Shown piece after piece: positions 58,311 through 63,482 of a stretch of DNA of 63,482 nt (position 1 is the first letter of the stretch; the number at the start of each line of letters is the position of its first letter). Made by a program: the position numbers and the translations under genes. Below the pieces are notes generated by a model. It was given only the letters and a program-made list of their open reading frames with translations. It did not search any database and was not told the DNA's origin. This stretch comes from Catajapyx aquilonaris. Its lineage: Eukaryota. The stretch is from assembly GCA_000934665.2 (NCBI GenBank), contig JYFJ02000533.1, forward strand, positions 62,001-125,482, read 5' to 3'.

Positions 58311-58552
58311 GGGTTAAGCTAACTTATGAGTTTTGGGAGGTGGCTTGTGTCATTGGCAACCATAATTAGCTCCACCCCCTGCTGAGTATTCTGTATGGAA
58401 TTTAGACCAATTGGTGGGGAAATATATTTCCATAGCGCCGCCCATCTCCTTTGAAATCGAATCCTGATTGGTCGGCTGGTAGGGGGCGGGGCTAATTACA
58501 GTTGCCAAGGACACAAGCCACCTCCCAAAACCAATATAAGTTATCTTACCCC
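58311..58552. mobile_element. Foldback/MITE-like element with ~70-bp inverted arms between CHM and AMN1
   Basis: TTTTGGGAGGTGGCTTGTGTC(A)TTGGCAAC..TAATTAGC pairs with GCTAATTA..GTTGCCAAGGACACAAGCCACCTCCCAAAA. The arms may extend to about 58261 and 58564. Confidence 0.7.
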
Positions 58553-58833
58553 TAGTAGTTCTACACACAGTAGGGGGTAAGCTAAAGACAAATATAAATA
58601 ATTGACATTTCACAAGCCTCAATATGTGTGTCTACTTCATCTCCATTTATTTCCCAAAATAGGTGATATATTCATCACAGAGGGGGTGTGCCAACAATTA
58701 ATTTGACAGTTACAAGTACTCAACATTAACACACACGCTCACACACACAGCCTGGAATAAAATATATTGCAAGTGCCAACATCAATAAAATCACTAGTTA
58801 GAGTAACAGTAACATTATCTAACGGTGCGATGA

Positions 58834-60454
58834 CTAGTAACATGTCCAGGTAGCAAATTTAATGGGGCTCTTGCGCCACAGCATTTCCCCGACTGCCAGG
58901 CTGTTCTCTGAAAAGTATAATGGGAAATGGGGCTGTGACAATGAGATGTAAATCAGGTGGTAATGGCTTCACCTTTGATCAATGGACAGCCGTCAAAGAC
59001 GAGGATGCTCATTCGGGTGCACTTGTTGGTGATAGCCTCGATGCTGTGATCCGTGATCTTCTCGCAATTCTTCAACTGAAGCTCAAAAAGGTTCTCGTGA
59101 CACTCGCTGTTCACCAGGCATATGATGCTGGTGTCTGTAATCTAATAAATAAAGTATCTAAATAAATCTGTAATTACAATTACATATGACATAACTATCA
59201 TTGTTATAAGTCGTAGCACTGACATCACATATTGTTTATCACACAATGTCCATAACGGAAGTTAATGAATGTTGCTGCCTTATTATGATGCATTACATCA
59301 TCATAGATAGCACAAGCAACACCGATTATAAACAAGAGATAACAAATACCATGGATTGATAACAACAACAAGACATTTGTTTTGCATTAGTTGACACCAA
59401 TTAACCTGGAAAATTCTGATGAACAACCACAATAGTGACTTGCCTTTGTCCGGGACATGTTCAGACAAGTCAAGTTCCCGCAGTGCTTAGCCAGAGACAT
59501 GAGGGAGACATCAGTGACTCTTGAACATCCGCCAATGTCTAGCTGCCTGAGGAAAGGGCAGTTCTGACTCAGGGTCACCATCACCTCATCAGTCACAGCA
59601 TCACAGTTGGTCATCTCCAACACCTGCAGCCGAGGCAGACAGCAAAAAAGAGCCTGCATATCTGCATTGAAAAATGGCAATGAAATAACATTACAATATT
59701 CACACGTACTTGGAGCACCATTAGTTTTCCATAACTTGTTTTAACTCTTTCTTACCAGCTTTTCCCTATCCAGGTAAAAGTGCTTGCATATTTTTAAAAT
59801 ATGAATTTATTTAAATGCACCACTTGATATTTACAAATGGCTTGGAAACACAAAATGAATCGTTTTAATGGCATATAACCGGGTACATTTTCCCCATATT
59901 AATTTTACAGAACGTGTTTTAACTCATTCTTATCAGATTTTCTTCTGATATTGAAATACTGCCAGGTAAACGAAGTGCTTTTATATTTTTAAAAACACGA
60001 ATTAATTAAAAAGCACAACTCGATCCTTGGTGTGGAACAATAATGAAACTTTCTTATTGCCACATGAAAAGTATAAAGTTCTCACTTTTTGAGGTGCACA
60101 CTGTCTCTCGCTGATCTCTGTTGCGAAGGTCCAACGACTGCAGGCAGTTGCATATAGTAACTGAGTCCAGAACCTTATCGTCGACGAAGGTGTCCGAGAG
60201 GTTGAGTTCCTCAAGCTTCGGATACAGCAGTGCCCTCAGGATCTCCACGGACAGCGCGCTCCGTCTCCCCAGCAGCCTCAGGAGATGCGCCTTCACCGAA
60301 TCTGGCAGGCAAGACAAGCTGTCCACATGCGTGTCAATATCCCTCACTACTGCCAGCATCGCCCTGCAAACAACAAACAGTTAGCACATGTCAATCAGTC
60401 AACAAAAAACTGTCCTTACAGGTTGTACAAACGGTCCACCCTCCAGCACCCCAT
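58834..60454 (-). CDS. AMN1: Protein AMN1 homolog (cysteine-containing LRR protein), multi-exon; alternative in-frame ATG at 60529
   Basis: LRR-CC repeats (LEMTNCDAVTD, LDIGGCSRVTDVSL, LKNCEKITDHSI, ILVFDGCPLI), N-terminal LPDSVKAHLLRLL and C-terminal TWTCY*, all characteristic of AMN1. Confidence 0.8.
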
Positions 60455-61099
60455 GGTCTTGACCGTTCTTCGTCGTCTGCCCCTGACAATCCGACACACC
60501 ACGCACTTGCTCTCATGCGAATCTGGCATACAACCTTTCTCAGTACCCCCAACAATCACAGCTGATCCTTCCTGTGCAGCCTGTTTTGTTTACAACCTTG
60601 TTATCCAACAGTGACATAACATGTGTTGTCACAGAAATCTAATTATACCCCGCCCTTTTCCCCTACCCCCTGCACCATCTCCTTATCACTTATTTTCTTT
60701 CTGCAAATGCACTACTGCTCAGTCATGTACTGGACAGCCAGTTTTCATGGCCATTTAATATCAAAAAATCGATTGGATACAAACAACGAAACAAGAGTCG
60801 GTGTGTCCAGCTGGATGCTGTCCAACACCCGCCTCATAATTCGTTACATGTTAATCCCGATTAAAATTATACCCCCCGTGTTTTAAATCCGGATTATTTT
60901 AAAACGGGGGCGGGTCACACCAAATGCCAATCACGCATCAGGACGTGACCTTGGCCGCCAATCGGCAGCGGGTACGCATCCACGCATGCGCCTCATTGTT
61001 CCAATCCAAAGCAGCTGTGCTTCAATCGACTCCAATGGATCGACGTCACAATCGGTGACGTCCTCGGTCGTCCCTCGTTCACTTCCCGACAACAGGTCA

Positions 61100-61177
61100 A
61101 TGATGGCGGACGAGACTCCGAACAAGACGGACATCCAAGGGGTGTTCAAGAGGCTGCGGGCCATCTCCACAAACAAA
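61100..61177 (+). CDS. First coding exon of ADP-ribosylation factor GTPase-activating protein 2/3; the rest lies beyond the window
   Basis: MMADETPNKTDIQGVFKRLRAISTNK followed by a GT donor at 61178, matching the ArfGAP2/3 N-terminus immediately before the zinc finger. Confidence 0.8.
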
Positions 61178-61583
61178 GTGGGTAATAGTCTTTCACGAGG
61201 CTGGATCTTAGGAGTTGGAGTGGATGGAATGGGTGGCAGAAGGGCTTGGTCCGGTTGGATACTATGAATAGGGGGGGAAAAACAGTGTGACGTGTCCTGT
61301 GTTCGATGTGTGTTCGGGTGCGGTGGGTTAAAAGGAACAAAAAAAGAAAAAGGGATTTCCGTTGGATTGCGTGGCATTGTATATGGAGGATACTATTGTT
61401 CCATACAACATTTATGACATGTTGACGTACGTGCATTGTAGTACATAGAGCCATGGCGCAGTCCAATATGGTACCGCAGGTTGATAATCATTGTAAAGAT
61501 ATGAAATATGTGGAATGTACTGAAAGGTCAAGCCCTGCCGTCCCGATGTAACCCCTACTGCCCCCTAACTGCAAAACTAGTAA

Positions 61584-61744
61584 AGGTGCATTTACATGTG
61601 AGCGATTTGATCACCCAATGTCATTGTCGAGCGATGAATCCAATTATTTGGGTCAAAAGTAACCATCATGGGGCATGGTAACAATCGGATTCATCAGTCG
61701 GCGATGACATCGCGCGATCAAATCACTCACATGTAAACACGCCT
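61584..61744. mobile_element. PIF/Harbinger-type MITE with TAA target duplication
   Basis: TIRs AGGTGCATTTACATGTGAGCGATTTGATC...GATCAAATCACTCACATGTAAACACGCCT, with TAA at 61581-61583 and 61745-61747. Confidence 0.8.
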
Positions 61745-61747
61745 TAA

Positions 61748-61876
61748 AGGCCCATTCACACAGGCCGTCGACGGTTTTGGTCTTCGGTCGTGTTGACGCC
61801 GCGTACCGACCATGACTCATGTAAACAAGCGCAACAATTGCGACCAAAACTGTTGACGGCCTGTGTGAATGGGCCT
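61748..61876. mobile_element. Second, different PIF/Harbinger-type MITE with TAA target duplication
   Basis: TIRs AGGCCCATTCACACAGGCCGTC...GACGGCCTGTGTGAATGGGCCT, with TAA at 61745-61747 and 61877-61879. Confidence 0.85.
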
Positions 61877-62338
61877 TAAGGGTGAAAGTCGCATACCCTC
61901 ACAGAACAATGAGTAAACAGAAGCAACAAAAAGCAACAAAACGATGGCATCAGATTGTTCTCTCGTTTTCCGTACATTAATTTTGCAGTTAGGGTGTTTT
62001 ACATTGGGATGGCAGAGCTGTGCTTGCCTAACTGAACAGTCGAAATGAGGTGGATGAGTATGGCTGGACTGGGATAAAATTTAAGATATTGCTTGTATAG
62101 ATGCTGCCAAAACACGCGTCAGTAATGTCTTGTTGCAGGCAGCAATTGCATGTTGCGGCACATGAGAAACAAGTATAATGGTAGGGTTGCAGCATGTAGG
62201 TTGGGTGAATTGTGAGGGGGGGTCAGGTTAGAGAAAGTAGGTATTGTGATGCAGGAGCAGGAGCAATTTCTACAACCTTTCCTAATTATTTAAGCAGGTC
62301 AGAGAGCACAAACAGAAGAAGAGTCATTGATGGTAGTG

Positions 62339-62573
62339 CAGGGGTTGAATTTAAAAAAAATTGTCCTGATGCAAAGTTTGCACTCCTGACTTTTATTTGG
62401 AGTGCAAATTACATAGTTGGAGTGCTTAATTTTTTAATTGCTGGGTATTGCCATGTTTAAAAGCAGGATCAAAACTGGAGTGCAATCTTTGCAATCGAAG
62501 GCTCAGTTTGGAGTGCAGATGACAATTTTGGGAGTGCGAATTGCACCTTTGCATCCGAATATTTCGACCCCTG
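62339..62573. mobile_element. Probable hAT-like MITE
   Basis: Ends CAGGGGTTGAATTT...TATTTCGACCCCTG with repeated internal GGAGTGC motifs. No clean 8-bp TSD is visible. Confidence 0.5.
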
Positions 62574-63482
62574 GTATTGAATTGAAATGAGTACTCCAGA
62601 TACCAGACCAGTTCATCATTTGACCTTGACCAGGTGCGTCATACTGTCTTACCAGTGTAATAGCTACATGGAACATCCAAAGCTTTTATAGTGTGCCCAA
62701 TTTTTGTAAGTCACATTATTTTCACAACCATATTTTGGCTGAGAAAAGTAACAAAGGGACCATTGTAGAGGTTATTATCTGTGATGAGCATCTACATTAT
62801 AAATGCAGTGTGCCAATATTTACCTGCTGTGGGGTGATTGAATCTGTAACATCTGTGCAAGTGTAATCAGCCACCTGTTCCACCGCCAGGTTTGAGAATA
62901 ATTCATTTATTTGCTCTGCAGAGGTCAGGGGTTTTTTAACAGAATTATTTAACGTAGCATGCCAGTTGTTGGTGCGTGAAAAACTGGCTGAAATTATAAG
63001 TAGAAAGGATCCCATCCAGCATCATTTTTTACTCCCACCATAATTTTCAATGGAAGTTGTTTATAATGGTGTATGAAAAATGCATTTTGCCCAATTTATT
63101 CAACTATTGCAAAAACTCATTTGAAATGTGCAATAATTTTACAGTATTTTTCATTTTAAAATCAGCAATGGTAGATGACAATTTTTAGAATTGCATGCTG
63201 TTCACTGAAACAAATATTTAATGAAATAATTGATTTAGCATCAATGGTTATATAGGGTTATATATGGTTATACAGGGTGTTTATTGTAACTCTGCAAATA
63301 CTTTCAGGGGTAATAGAGGGGACCTAGACAAGTATTTTTGACATAGGAACCCGTGTCCGGAAACGCCATCTAGAGGGGGTTCATAGACAAGGAACGGGTG
63401 CGCTCAGACGCGTCACGCGGGAGGCGCTAGTCGAGCGGACTGTTTTGTTGATAGATGGCGCGCAGTTGTTGCCAGGTTATGG

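Overview
This is eukaryotic (invertebrate, most likely arthropod) genomic DNA. It is gene-dense, with many 50-130 bp spliceosomal introns, so the ORF track catches only exon fragments. Gene order: SLC16/MCT (+, 5' part outside the window); SLC16/MCT (-); FNBP4 (+); RPS13 (-); PHRF1 (+); an intron-containing ANAPC10 pseudogene fragment (+); an uncharacterised type I membrane protein with the layout signal peptide-(kringle x2, FAMeT-like x2) x2-TSP1-Ig x2-TM (+); cathepsin D (-); GAS2-like (+); ALG8 (-); SLC36/AVT3-like amino-acid transporter (+); Rab escort protein/CHM (-); AMN1 (-); first exon of ArfGAP2/3 (+). Several palindromic MITE-like elements, a truncated SINE-like insert and a Sola1-like transposase remnant are also present. 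The most notable structures are: (1) a ~7 kb block holding the ANAPC10 pseudogene and the kringle receptor, bracketed by a 191-bp direct duplication of the cathepsin D 3' end; (2) a second block bracketed in the same way by a ~240-bp duplication; (3) an array of eight ~110-bp hairpin units in PHRF1 intron 1. All assignments come from manual translation and motif recognition. No searches were run.
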